Origin: Basidiobolus meristosporus CBS 931.73
Taxonomy: Eukaryota; Fungi; Basidiobolomycota
Direction of reading: 5' to 3'
DNA: 64,000 nucleotides
NCBI GenBank assembly: GCA_002104905.1
Contig: MCFE01000230.1
Coordinates: forward strand, 1-64,000
Part shown: piece after piece, positions 1-11,920 of the stretch
How positions within the stretch are numbered: position 1 is the first letter of the stretch
How the letters are laid out: each line of letters begins with the position of its first letter
Translations under genes and position numbers: made by a program
Notes under the pieces: generated by a model
Databases searched by the model: none
What the model saw: the letters and a program-made list of their open reading frames with translations, nothing else
Told to the model about the DNA's origin: nothing

Positions 1-1860
1 AATTTCTCATCATAGCAGTTTATAAGTGGCATCTGATTGGTCTGCTGCCAATTCTCTCACTTTTGACCCCAGACACTCAATCACCTCCTACTTTTGTGTA
101 TAATAACTGGCTATTGCCTCTTTTTCACACTCACTACTTCCTTACTCAACCAATTAGACTTGTTCTGTTGGATAGTGCCACATTGAGCCATGAGTGCCAA
201 ATGATGCCATAGTGTGCCAGAGAGGTCAAGTAAGCCTATACTTGGCCACAGAGTGTGAAACATAGCTCTGCATCTACATGTAAAGCAGCCCCTGTGTTTC
301 ACCCATTGCGCAGGAGAAAATCCATTTTTTGACCTTTTTTTGTGGATCAATGTAGCCCAGGATGTGTAAGAGCACAGGAGAACTGAAGATATGCATCTGG
401 TACTCAATACCCATGGCACTCTGAATCTGGCTCCTGTAGCATGTATCATGTCACAAAAATGAATGGCACTATCTTGGTCCACTGATACTATCTGGCACTA
501 TATTTAAATAATAGCCCTAAAGTAAGCTCTATACAAAGCACTTATAGTGCCAGATAGTACCAGTGGACCAAGATAGTGCCATTCATTTTTGTGACATGAT
601 ACAAGCTACAGAAGCTAGATTCAGAGTGCCATGGGTATTGAGTACCAGATGCATATCTTCAATCTGCTTGTGCTCTAACACATCCTGCGCAACATTGATT
701 CAAAAAAAAAGGTCAAAAAATGGATTTTCTCCAACACAATGGGTGAAACACAGGGGCTGCTTTGCATGAAGATGCAGAGCTATGTTTCACACTCTGTGGC
801 CAGGTAGAGGCTCAATTGGCCTCTCTGGCACACTATGGCATCATTTGGCACTCATGGCTCAATGTGGCACTATCCAACGGAACAAGTCTATTTACTTACT
901 TTTCAGGCATACAGATTGATTCATTTTGGTTGAAACTTCAATTGTGCCTCAGTTGCCAATTGTATTGACCTGTACAAGTCCCTATACCCAACACTAGCAT
1001 TAAGCCCAACTCCACACTCAACAAGTAACTCCATTAAAATCCACCTTTCAATACATATTTTTACTGTAATGCCCTTTTTCCATGACCTTAGTGGGAACCT
1101 TGTGGCTTTATGCCACTGTTCACTCACTAGTTCCCATACATCCTGGTCTTCAGCTGGCACTGCAAGGTCTAGCTCCTCATTTGCCAGTCTTTACAATAAA
1201 TCCTTGCAATATTCATGTGCATTTTCTTGAGCACTGCTCTGGAAGAAGTGCTGCAACCTCTTAGTATGCATATTAATGTTCCAAAATTTCACCAAAGGGA
1301 TCATGATAGGCTTTTGAGTTCTTGACATTACTGCTTTATTTATCAGTGCAATCTCCACTCCAACTGCAATGGAGGATGTGGAGGCAGTGGTAGACAAATT
1401 GCCTTTCTCTGAAAGCTCACTTACCTCACTGGTGTGTAGCTAAACCAGCTGTGCTTCCAACTCTTCTGAAAATAGCTGTTGTCTTATTGGCAACTCTTCT
1501 AGGCTATGATGGGATTCAGCCTGTTCTGGGCTGACAGCACTAATTGGTGAGAACTGCCACTTTTTTCACACTTTCCTGTCTCTGGCCTGTGTAGACCTTT
1601 TCTCTGAACCTTTACATTTATCACAGCCAAGTCTTTCACTGTTAATTTGACTGAGTGCCTCTTGTATTGCACTACATTTTCTCCTTGATAAGTACTGCAC
1701 TGGTGCATCTGTTTCTGCTGGCTTCTTCCTTACCAGCACTCTTCCAGCAGCCTGACCATCCCTTGCCACTTAATTTAAGCTTTCATCCCTGCTTTGAATG
1801 GGCTCCTGAGAAAGTCACAGGTTTTATCTTAGCCAGGACCTTCACTGCTACTTTGACTAA
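1..1860 (-). pseudogene. 3' fragment of the companion ORF ('ORF-A') of a CACTA/EnSpm-like element, interrupted by a MITE at 156-889
   Basis: ORFs 921-1160, 1191-1397 and 1566-1769 align with 4288-5370 (e.g. AEDQDVWE...ERWILMELLVECGVGLN). Many stops. The flanks of the MITE rejoin to match the uninterrupted sister copy at about 4205-4260. Confidence 0.7.
156..889. mobile_element. Fold-back MITE, copy 1 (734 bp), PIF/Harbinger-superfamily termini
   Basis: Inverted arms 156-502 and 543-889 with a 40-bp spacer. Termini AGACTTGTTCTGTTGGATAGTGCCA...TGGCACTATCCAACGGAACAAGTCT. 3-bp TSD ATT (153-155, 890-892). Empty site visible in the sister repeat near 4220-4240. Confidence 0.93.
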
Positions 1861-1964
1861 GTGCTTCTGAAACTTGCTTTAGGAGGTTGAGAGATGTTTG
1901 AAGTAATTGGGAGATTAAGCAGATTATGCATCTTCTACTTGAAGATTTATTGAATATAACAAAA

Positions 1965-3575
1965 ATCTGATATTTAGATACATTAGCCAGTACTAGTCTG
2001 ATGGGATTAAACTTAGATTCCAATGCAAAGGTACCAGTATAGTCCGGTCCTTCTGCTTGAAAGTATTCTTTGGTCACAAGTCTTGCTTTATATCTTCCAA
2101 CTGAACCATCAGCCTTGTATTTTTCTTGAAGACCCATCAGTATCAAATTGATTTTTTGTAGATTGGTTATTTGACCAAGTCCCAAGTTTAATTTTCCATC
2201 AGGACCTGATACTCTTCAGTCATTGCAGATCTCCAAAACTTTGTCTGAGGGCTATTTTGGGCCTCTTGTACAGTCTGCAGCTCATCAATATGGAGAGGAT
2301 AGACATGGACTAAGTTTGTACCCTCATTAATACTGTATCTTGAGCTATTTCAGGCCCAGTGGGATCTCCCAGTTTGCAATACTGAAATGATCACCTCTGG
2401 GATATTGCTGGAGACTGTTTCAGGCTGCACCTCACCTATAGAGTCCTCTGGAGTGAAACATTTTTCATTGTCTTGCTCTGCTTCAATTCTGACTATTGTT
2501 GGACTTGTCATCACATTTTTGTCATCCTCAGATGTCATTTATTGTGAAGATTTTGAATTTTCATCAAGCAACACATCCCTAGAATTGATCAGCTTTTTTG
2601 CTTTGGTATTACAGAAACTTTGTGCATTACACTCATTGCAGTAGCACAAAAAATTGCATTTTACACCTTTTGGCTCAAATTTGGGCCAATTAGTGGAGAG
2701 CTTTTTTGCATATGCTGTGCACTCAGATATACCAAGATGTTCTGCACTTTGTCTGTATCCAAAACATGTCTTAAGCAGAGTAGAACTAAAAATATTCTGC
2801 TATTACTTCCATTATTGAGACTTACAGCTGTAACAACTGATTCCACCCCTATATCATAGGATAACTTCTGATTATGATCATAGATCTTGCCATATCCATA
2901 GTAGATCTATTTGCATCTTCTGCCACCCCATTTAGCTGTGGGCATTTGGTATATAAGTCTCTGGCTTTATCCCATGAGTTTTGCAGAATTGAATGAAGAG
3001 GTTTGAGGTATATTCATCACTATTTACGGAGCATAATTTCTTGACTTTTTCACCGGTTTCTCTCTCCATACAGGCTTTGAGCTGCCTGAGCTTAGACAGA
3101 GCTTCTTCCTTTCCTCGCATGAAGTGGACCCATGTGTATCTTGTATTATTGTCAATAAAAGTTTGTATTATTGTCAATAAAAGTGAATAAATACTCTATC
3201 CTACATAAGAAAAATATTTGCATATGTCCACACAAATCTTGGTGAATTAGATTCAGTTTTTCTTAGTTTTAAACTAACTCAGTACCCTTGAACAGCTGTC
3301 TGGCTTGCTTCCTATATAAGCAGGCTTCACAGGGCTTCAAACTTGCTGGTGGATCAATTTTACTCTGGAAATTGGCTGATCTTGGACCATCTTGGGCAAA
3401 CAATCAAAGTTGATGTGTCAAAAACTCCTGTGCTAAGGTACTACTGTTTCTTCATGTGAGTTACTTAAGTTGGCTTCCAGATATGATAGATTCAAATGTC
3501 AACCTGTGTAGATACTGATCTCCAATACCTAAAGCAATATGAGCATTATTTTGATCAGTGATCCTGTAACTGCCA
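1965..3575 (-). mobile_element. Internally deleted Ty1/copia (family 1) pol fragment: GAG-pre-integrase, integrase and start of RT
   Basis: ORFs 2932-3177 (TFIDNNTRYTWVHF), 2350-2538 and 1829-2185 (YKARLV) are homologous to 38000-39530. No paired LTRs. Confidence 0.85.
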
Positions 3576-3848
3576 CCCTATGAATGATTATTATGAAGAT
3601 CATGTCAAAAGGCAGTCACAGATTCCAAGTCTTGTAACTAAGAGGTATTGATACCATCAGAACACCATACAAAGACCATTGTAAAATAACTGCACCCCAG
3701 GTATCATAAAAAACCTAGTCAAATTTTCTCATAATAACAATACAAAAGTGGCCCTTGATTGATTCTCTGCCAATTTTCTCACTTTCTGATCCTAGACACT
3801 CTATCACCTCCTACATTTGTGTGCATTAATTGGCTATTGCCTCTTTTT

Positions 3849-4197
3849 TGTTGTAAGAGTCTTGGAGATATTGGAAGTAATTGGGAGAACAAGTAGATTG
3901 TGTGGTTTTCACTTAATGATATATTGAATGTAAAAGTAGTATTTATACTTTTACCTGGTCTTGGCATTGCAAACATGTAGAATAGATTAAGGAAGGCCCC
4001 AAAAGTATGTGTGCAAAGCTTGGGGCTGTTTGGACAACTTTGAGAATTTTCATGTTCTGGGTACCTGGTATTTTGGTGAAAATATTCTAAGTAAATCCCA
4101 ACAAGAAATTTGGTCAGTATTCTCTAGAATCTGAGGACAATAATTTAAGTTACTAAGCTAGGTGAATATTTAGGTGGAATTACAAATTTTTACGACA
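3849..4197 (-). mobile_element. Solo LTR of copia family 1
   Basis: 349 bp, TG...CA, matches the LTRs at 36465 and 40800. TSD TTTTT. The empty site GCCTCTTTTTCACAC is present at about 116-130. Confidence 0.92.
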
Positions 4198-6018
4198 TTT
4201 TTCACACTCCTTACCACCTGACTCAACCATTTCTCTTACTTTTCAAGCATACAAATTGATTTATTTCCATTGAAACTTCAGTCGTATTTAAATTGCCAAT
4301 TGTATTGACCTAAACAGGTCCCTATACCCTGCACTAACATTAAGCCCAACACCACACTCAACAAGTAGCGCCATCAAAATCCACTTCTCAATAAGCAGCT
4401 CTGCTTTAATGCTCTGCTTCCATGACTTTGGCAGGAGCCCTACAACTTTATGCCACCATTCATTCCCTGGTTCCCATACATCCTGGTCTTCAGCTGGCAC
4501 TGCAAGGTCTAGCTCCTCATCTGCCAGTCTTTGCAATAAGTCCATGCAATATATCAAGTGTGCTTTCTTGAGCACTGCTCTTGAAGAAGTGCTGCAACCT
4601 CTTAGTGTGCCTATTAATGTTCCAAAATTCTGCTGAAGGCATTGTGATAACCTTTGGAGTTCTTGAAGTTGTTACTTTGTCTGTCAGTGGAACTCCACTC
4701 AGTTAACAATGGAGGATGTGGAGGATGTGGAGGCTGTGGTAGACAAATTGTCTTTCTCAGCAAACTCATCTACCTCACTGGAATGTAGCTTAACTGGCTG
4801 CACTTCCAACTCTTGTGAAAACAGCTGTTTTCTTGTTGGTAATTCTTCTTGGCTATGAGGGGATTCAGTCTGTTCCAGGCTTACAATGTTAATTGGCAAG
4901 AACTGCAGCTTTTTTCTCACTCTTCCTTATCTCCAGCTTGGGTAGACTTTTCCCTGTTTACCTTTTCCTTGATCACTGCCAGGTCTTTCACTGATACTTT
5001 GTCTGAGTGCTTCTTCTATTGAACTACATTTTCTCCTTGATAAATGCTGCTCTGATGCATCTGTTTTAGCCTGCTTGTCCCTTGCTGGCACTTTGCAGGC
5101 AACCTTATGCTTCTTTACTGCTTGTTTCAAGCTTTCAGCCCATGCTATGATGGGTTCCTGAGGTAGCTGCTTGTTTTTATCACTGCCAGGTCTTTCACTA
5201 CTACTTTGACTTAGTACTACTGGAGTAGAACTATGCTTTTTCCTTGGTAAATACTGTGCTGGAGCATCTGCGTCTGCCTGATATTCCTTGACAGCACTCT
5301 TCCAGCTACCAGATACCTCTTTGACACTTGTTTGGAGCTTTTGGCCCTGCCTGCAATGGCTCTGAGCCATTGCACCTGTGTTCTTCTGTACTTGATAGTT
5401 TTGCTATTCTTGAGATACTTTCTTAGCATACCAATGCTGACCCTTTTGCTAACTTGAGTCTAGGATAATGTTCCTTGAACAAGTCAAGTGCATTCTGCTT
5501 GGCCTTTGGTTCCTGATGGTTGCATGATATGCTAGCCTTAAGGTGTTTGCATGCTAGACTTCTGACAGCCTCTTGATTATTTGCCCACTCTTCATCATTG
5601 CACTCAACAGCTTCAGAGATCTTCAATGTCTTTTGATTTTTAGGCTTTGATATAAACACTACATTTTCTCCCTCCCATGCAGTGATAGGTTTTTCTCTGG
5701 GCTTTATCTTTGGGCACTGTTGTTGTGCTTCAAAGACAGTATGGTGTTCCTCTGCTGTTACATCAGGAAATGGCTCAATTCTTGGCTGTGACATTGAGCT
5801 ACTTGAGCTCCTTCTTTGCAGCAAAGATGCTGCTTTCTCTACCTGGGATATTGATTGCTCTACACATATTATCCACTCATCCTGTTTCCGGGCTATATCC
5901 TGACTTCTCTGGGCCATTGCATCTGTCCTCTCAGCCACTGCACCAGGTTGCCTTATTAATGCTTCAACATAAGCTGACAGCATACTTGCTAATACAGGTG
6001 GTGGTGATGTTATAATGG

Positions 6019-7141
6019 TGCAGTAGGGTAAACACACCTCCCTCAGACAAGTTTATCCATATAGCTATTATGATGTACTTATTCATATTTATGTCATCAG
6101 TATTATCACCTTCTACTTTACCCATATTATTAGTATTATCCCCATATGATGTTAATCTGGTTAGTTATTAGCATTAGTTATCCTAGACATTATTCAGCTT
6201 TGTGATCAGTATGTATATCTACATTAGGCAAGTACCCATGCCAGTACTTGCCACACATGACCTAGCTCTGTGTTGCCATCACTACAATTTCCATACCATA
6301 TATGGTATTTCAATGTTACACAGGTTTAAGACCACTGATTCCTGACTGGTTAGATGTGCTCTGCCTTTTAGAACTATCCAGTACCTTCTTGGCGTATTTT
6401 TAGCTCATAGTAATGTCATCCACAATTCTACTGATGCCTGGAGTCTGCTAGAACCTTGTTATTAGTAATCACTTGGCAATCTGGAAAATACTGAAGGGAA
6501 GTCAATCCCTCATCAATATATTATCCCTTCTATCATTAACACTCCCTGAGAAAAAAAATTAAGAAAAGGCCAGCAAAATATCATCATAATATCAGCTGAA
6601 TTCCAAGTTTCTAAAAATTGACAGCTCTCAATATCTCTGTTATTAGCATATAAGCAGGCAAGCAAACCAATTCTCTAGAAGGAGTCTTGGCCAACTAGTA
6701 TGCATACCAAATTTGACTATTGTCTGCCCATTACTGCCATCAAAGCTTGCATTTGCAATTTTGAGCCAAAAACATTAGCTGAGTACCTGCAATAAGCCAT
6801 AAGAATGCCAGTAGAATACTAGCTGAAAGTCAGATGAATTCCAAGTTTGAGATTTTTCACAATGACTTCTCCCTTATCAATCAGCAGTTGACTACAGCAC
6901 CTACCTTCAACAGTTGCACCTCAGACCTGTTATCAAGGAGCTTCTCAGGGTAGTGCACAAGACACACAGAGGCCTTTGGAGACACTTGGAGCACCTAGGA
7001 ATCTAGAAAAGCAGGAGCTATTACCATAGTAACATATTAACAAAGACACCAGCAGTTTAGACCCAGATTTATTGCACCCATCAGATACCTTGCACACCTT
7101 GAGTTATGTAGCTTCTCCCAGGAGTACCTCTACACACCACA
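6019..7141. mobile_element. Putative long solo LTR (1123 bp) inserted in ORF-A
   Basis: TG...CA ends flanked by ATGG (AATGG if the last base is host). Removing it restores VAI-ITSP, as in the sister copy at 43985. A related, internally deleted copy lies inverted at 24226-24920. Non-coding. Confidence 0.65.
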
Positions 7142-7551
7142 ATGGCCACTTGCTGGTCTTCAACTGAAGGTACTGCTTTTGCTACATTCTCATTTGCCTC
7201 AGCATTATGGTAAACTTGTGGCTGTGCAGAGATTGCCAATTGCCTACTTGGCTGAGAGCCTAAGGAGTCTGCATTATTCCCTTCAGTGGACACACTGTCC
7301 ACAGGGCCTTTTTTGGTTGTAGCCTGCTTGTTGCACTAGATGTCAGAGCAAGCTGTTGTCTAACTGTTCTTCTGCTGCTATCAGCAGTGGGTTTTGGTTG
7401 GGAACCAAACAACTTTGCTTTATTTTTTGTGGCATATATATGGAAGTGAGTCAAACTAAAGGGGAAATGGTGTTACATATATGTGTGTGTGTGGTACCAC
7501 AACTTTATTTATAATTCTCACTATTGTGGTCATCATTGAATCTAACATTCA

Positions 7552-8790
7552 TGAATGTGTCCTATCTCAAATAAAAAACTGTCTCATATTCACATGAGTA
7601 TTGACAAAAAAGTGGTATAATAGCATCATGCTGTTGAGTGTCAAACTGTTTGCCCCATGGACAAGACTACTTTGATTCAACACCATAAGAGAAGAGGAAA
7701 AAAACCATGTGGCTATTTTAGCAAGCCGCTCAGCCATGAAGCACACAGACAGCATAGGAAGTATTACAAGGATCACAGCCAATGTTTTGCCACACTAGTC
7801 ATATTTGACCATATGCCAAGCACAACTGTACTATCAATATCTTGCCCACCACTTGATACTTCTATAACAGGATCTGGCCATACTTGTCCCCTTGCGCAAA
7901 CTGAGTCTGGTGAGTTTGCAACGCCTTTAGGCTCACCCCAGCCTTTTAAATATGGTACTCTGAGTGATAGCTCTGAAAAAGGAGGCTCACTGATGGATTG
8001 AGGGCCTGTCTACCCTAACAACAGTACCCTGCTAGAGCCCAGCAAAATCCTATTTTGCAATGCAACAACCCCCATGGAAAAAATGCCAACAATACTTTAT
8101 AGAGTCAAGTGAACCCAGTAATCCATCTACTGCTGAATGATCTGAAGTTGTGGCTAAAGAAGTGGTGTGTTTCCACTAATATCAATAATGGGCTCATTAA
8201 GGATTTACTACTATTTCTTGCCAAAATCATCCCAGGATGCAACTTACCATGTATATGGTATAAATGGCAAACTGTCATGCAGCTGGCAACACATGATCAC
8301 AAGACCATCCTGATACCAGCATGTGCTAACAGTGGCATGGCATTCAAATCAGAAAAGGCTACTATTGCAAGGTGTCCAACTTGTCAGGAATGCACCACCA
8401 TTGGGGGAAAACATTGTTCACACTCCATATATATTCTGGTAATACCCCATCTACAGAAGCATATGCAGTCTGTCAAATATTGTGCAGGTGTAAAGCACTG
8501 CACTCAGTATCATTCAAGCACAAAATATCCAATGTATTTGATGGCAAACATAACAAACATCTAAGAAGCAAGGGCTACTTTGAAGGTGTGTATAACAATG
8601 CCTGTGCCTTGACATTTGATGGATTTGCATTAAACAAGAACTCCACCAGCAAAGCCTGCTGACCACTGATTATAATCAACCGGAATCTGCCACCAATCTT
8701 ACAGTATCAGAGCAGAAATCTGATGGTAGTCTCACTGGTATCTGGGCCTGAATCACTGAACAACCTGGATAGCTCCCTGTATTCATTGCT
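7552..8790 (+). pseudogene. CACTA/EnSpm-like transposase (Transposase_21/Tnp2 family), N-terminal half
   Basis: Cys/His-rich N-terminus (PCGYFSKPLSHEAHRQH), IPAC...CPTC motif, then VFDG..KHLRSKGYF...LTFDGF...PLIIINRNLPP...SGPE. Frameshifts and stops. Confidence 0.75.
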
Positions 8791-11379
8791 AATTGCTGGA
8801 TGTATTCACTCCATAATGTTATTCTTCTGGATAGTATGAGTATATATATACTTGGGTGAGGCATAATTGGTCTTCACAGTACACTTGACTCCTTCAATGT
8901 AGCATCTCCAGGCCTTCAAGCAGTGTATTATGGCAAGCATCTCCTTCTCATGCACTGATAGTTTTGTTCTGCTGAGTTCAATTTCTTTGACTCAAAAGCA
9001 ACTGGGTAGTCCTTTCACTCATGTCCTTGGCTCAGTACTCCACCAATTGCATAGTCTGAAGCATCTGTGCACAGAGTAGACACTTTTCTGAAGTCTGGGA
9101 TTCTTAAGCTTGGCAACTTAGCAAGTTCATTCTTGAGCATCTGAAAGGCAGTCTCACAGACTATGTCCCACTTCAAGGTGTTGTCTTTCTTGAGAATATC
9201 AGCTATAGGGGCTACAATACTTGCAAAGGATTTGACAAATCTCCAATAATAGGAAACCATTGCAAGGAATGATCTGAGTTTCATGATTCAATGGGGATTC
9301 TTCAGATTCAAAATAACTTCATCCTTCTTATGGTCTAAGGTCACTCCTGTGCTAATTACTATGTATCCTAGGTATTCAACATGTTCCTTCAAGAATTCAC
9401 ATTTTGCAAGCTTGCCATACAATTTGTTCTCTCTTAGCTTCTTCAAGACCTTTTTAATGTGCACCAAGTGTTTCTCTTCTGTCTTGCTGTATATCACTAT
9501 GTGAAAAACTCACACTTTGGTTGCTTGCCATGTAGCTTGTTCTCTCTTAGCTTCTTGAAGGACTTTTATATACATGCCACATGGTCCTGTTTTGTCATGC
9601 CATACATCAATATGTTATGTGGGTAGATTACCACAAACTTGTAAAAGTACTCCTGGAAAACTGTTTGCATCAAGGTCATGAATGTTGCAGGGCATTGGTA
9701 AGGCCAAGACTCATGAATAAGCACTTTTAATGGCCATATCTGGTCCTGAATGCTGACTTAGGGATGTCTTCTGGTTTCACCCAAATCTGGTTGTACCCTG
9801 ACATGAGGTCAATATTACTGAATATGGTGGCTCCATTGAGTTGGTCCAAGAGCTCATAAATCAATAGTATGGGGTACTTATTCTTTACAGTAACTAAGTT
9901 GAGGACTCTGTAGTCAATGCATTCCTAAGTGCTTTAAGTGTTCTAACCTTCTTTTTCTCAAAAAGCACTAGTGCTTCCTAAGGTGACTTGCTGGTCTGAA
10001 GAGCCCTTGCTCCAATAAGTGATCTATTTATCCCTTCATCTCTTCCAACTTCCATGGACTAATTCTGTAAGGTGCCTTGCTTACTAGAGAGCAATCTCCT
10101 ATGTTAATGGCATGATCTGCATATCTGACAGGTGGTAGGCTTACAAGTTAATCTGGAGACATGTCTGAATATTCCTTCAAAGAAGTCTGGGCCTTCTTGG
10201 GCGCTGAGATAGAGAAATCCTCCTGTAATACCACCATGTGGAATATCTGGGTACCTTTTTCAAGGGCTCCACAGAACTGTGTCTTGCTGAGTTCACTTGC
10301 TTCACACACACTGGAATTGATCAAGTTGCAATCCAGTCTGGCAGATAATAGCTCATAGGTCTTGTTGTCCTCCTGGATCTGAGTAGAATGGGTTCTCCAG
10401 TTGATTGATGGATTACAACAAAATAGCCAGGATTTTTCAAGTACAAGGTCAAACTAGTAGTTCCCAACTGTATGGGCCTGTAGGTCTGTAGGTCTTCTTC
10501 TTGGTCATTGATCTTCATTCTTGCTGTCTGAGTAATACAGTTGATCATGTGAGAGTTCCCATCAGCTGTTGAGACAGAATTTGATTTGGTGGGTCTCAAG
10601 TTGACTCAGATTTGAAGCCAAATTACTCTGACATGTATTCATGTGATGCTCCTGAGTCAATTATGATCTTGGCAGGTGCTCCATTGACTACTCCATTCAA
10701 GTATAATAGTTTTCCTGAGTTTCTGGTCATTTGGAATAGATAATCTTCTGCCATATGGAAGATCAGTTCTGAGTCTTCTTCTAGGTCATCCTCCATGTTG
10801 CAATGCTCAAGGGCTATAATTCAGCTGATGGTTTTTAATGACTGGTGTACATTTCTTCTCTGAGGGCAGTACTCTGCAATATGTCCTTACTAGTGGCAAT
10901 TAAGGCAAAGTCCTCTCTTCTTACATTCTTCGGAGGTAGAGTTCTTCTGCACAGCATCTATTTCCAGTGCCACTGCTTCTGAGTGCCTTCTTTTGTAATA
11001 ATTGTTGCATCTTTGATAAGTCATAGTGGGCTTCCCAACTCCAATCATAGCTGAGTCATAGTCAATAGCAATCTTGTTGGCTTCTTCAATAGTCAGAGGT
11101 CCTTGTTAATTCCCTTCCTTATAAGTTCATTCTTTCAATCCTTCAGTAAAGTACTTAACTTGATCCTGGGGGTTCATTCTTTAATTTTATCCAAGTTGAC
11201 AGCATTATTCAAAGATATACTCTTCAATTTTTCCCTTCCGTTATAGTGACTTCAACTATCTTTTTAGTATTGTTTACTGGCGTGGGGGTTCAAAAGCATT
11301 CAGAATTCCCAACGCAACTTTTCCCAGGTAGAGATTGTAGAGCAGCCCATCATGGTAGCTGACCTGATCTTGTTGTGGT

Positions 11380-11725
11380 TGTTGAAATATTAGAGAGTTA
11401 TATTGGAAGTGAAATGGAAAATTAGAAGATTTACATGGCATTCATTTGTAGATTTATTGAGTTGCAACACAGTTTTAATACTTATTGCAGAACTACGTAA
11501 GTGTAGCTATTTGCTCATTATTAGGGGAGTCCCAGGAGTACATGTGTCAAGTTTCAGCTAATTTTGACAAGTTTCAAATTTTCCTAAAATTTACTTCAAT
11601 AATTTCTAATGTTATCCAAATATCTTACAAACAAGTTCTGAAGCTAATATTCTGAAATACATCATTTAACTTAGTGCTATATCATATTATATTAATAATT
11701 AGGTGGTCTCCAAATTATTTCAACA
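11380..11725 (-). mobile_element. Solo LTR of a third, copia-type family
   Basis: 346 bp, TGTTGAAA...TTTCAACA, exact TSD GTGGT, inside gypsy gag. A related copy lies at 26748-27096. Confidence 0.88.
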
Positions 11726-11920
11726 GTGGTGCCACTGTAAAGCTGTATTTGCTAGGTAAGAGGCTGCATAATAAAACTAGCTTTCTGGGGCAGTTACTTT
11801 ATCCTTAAAAGCTTCTTCAATCTGAAAGAGCCAAGTTCCCAGATTTTCATTGAATCTGCCATAGTGCTGGTTGACCTTCATATCACAGTTGCTCTTGTCA
11901 GGGCTTTGCTAGTCTGGGCT

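Larger units (their letters stand above)
3600..7440 (-). pseudogene. ORF-A of the CACTA-like element (unknown function, S/Q/K-rich, internal repeat of about 40 aa)
   Basis: Collinear ORF pieces 7260-7454, 7081-7302, 5423-6037, 4927-5370, 4699-4920 and 4288-4575. The N-terminus matches MPPKNKSRLSGSQP at 43696. Split by insertions at 6019-7141 and 3849-4197. Confidence 0.6.
3600..8790. mobile_element. CACTA/EnSpm-like DNA transposon copy with divergent ORF-A (-) and transposase (+), carrying two nested LTRs; termini not found
   Basis: Same head-to-head arrangement as 41175-44620. Truncated on the right by a gypsy element. Confidence 0.7.

Noticed and set aside
111-968. ORFs MDQDSAIHFC... on both strands (also at 48060)
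   Set aside because: Mirror products of the MITE palindrome, with non-ATG starts and no domain.
3146-3187. Short tandem duplication (TATTGTCAATAAAAGT twice)
   Set aside because: Local slippage in a dead copia copy. Two units, no spacers, not CRISPR-like.
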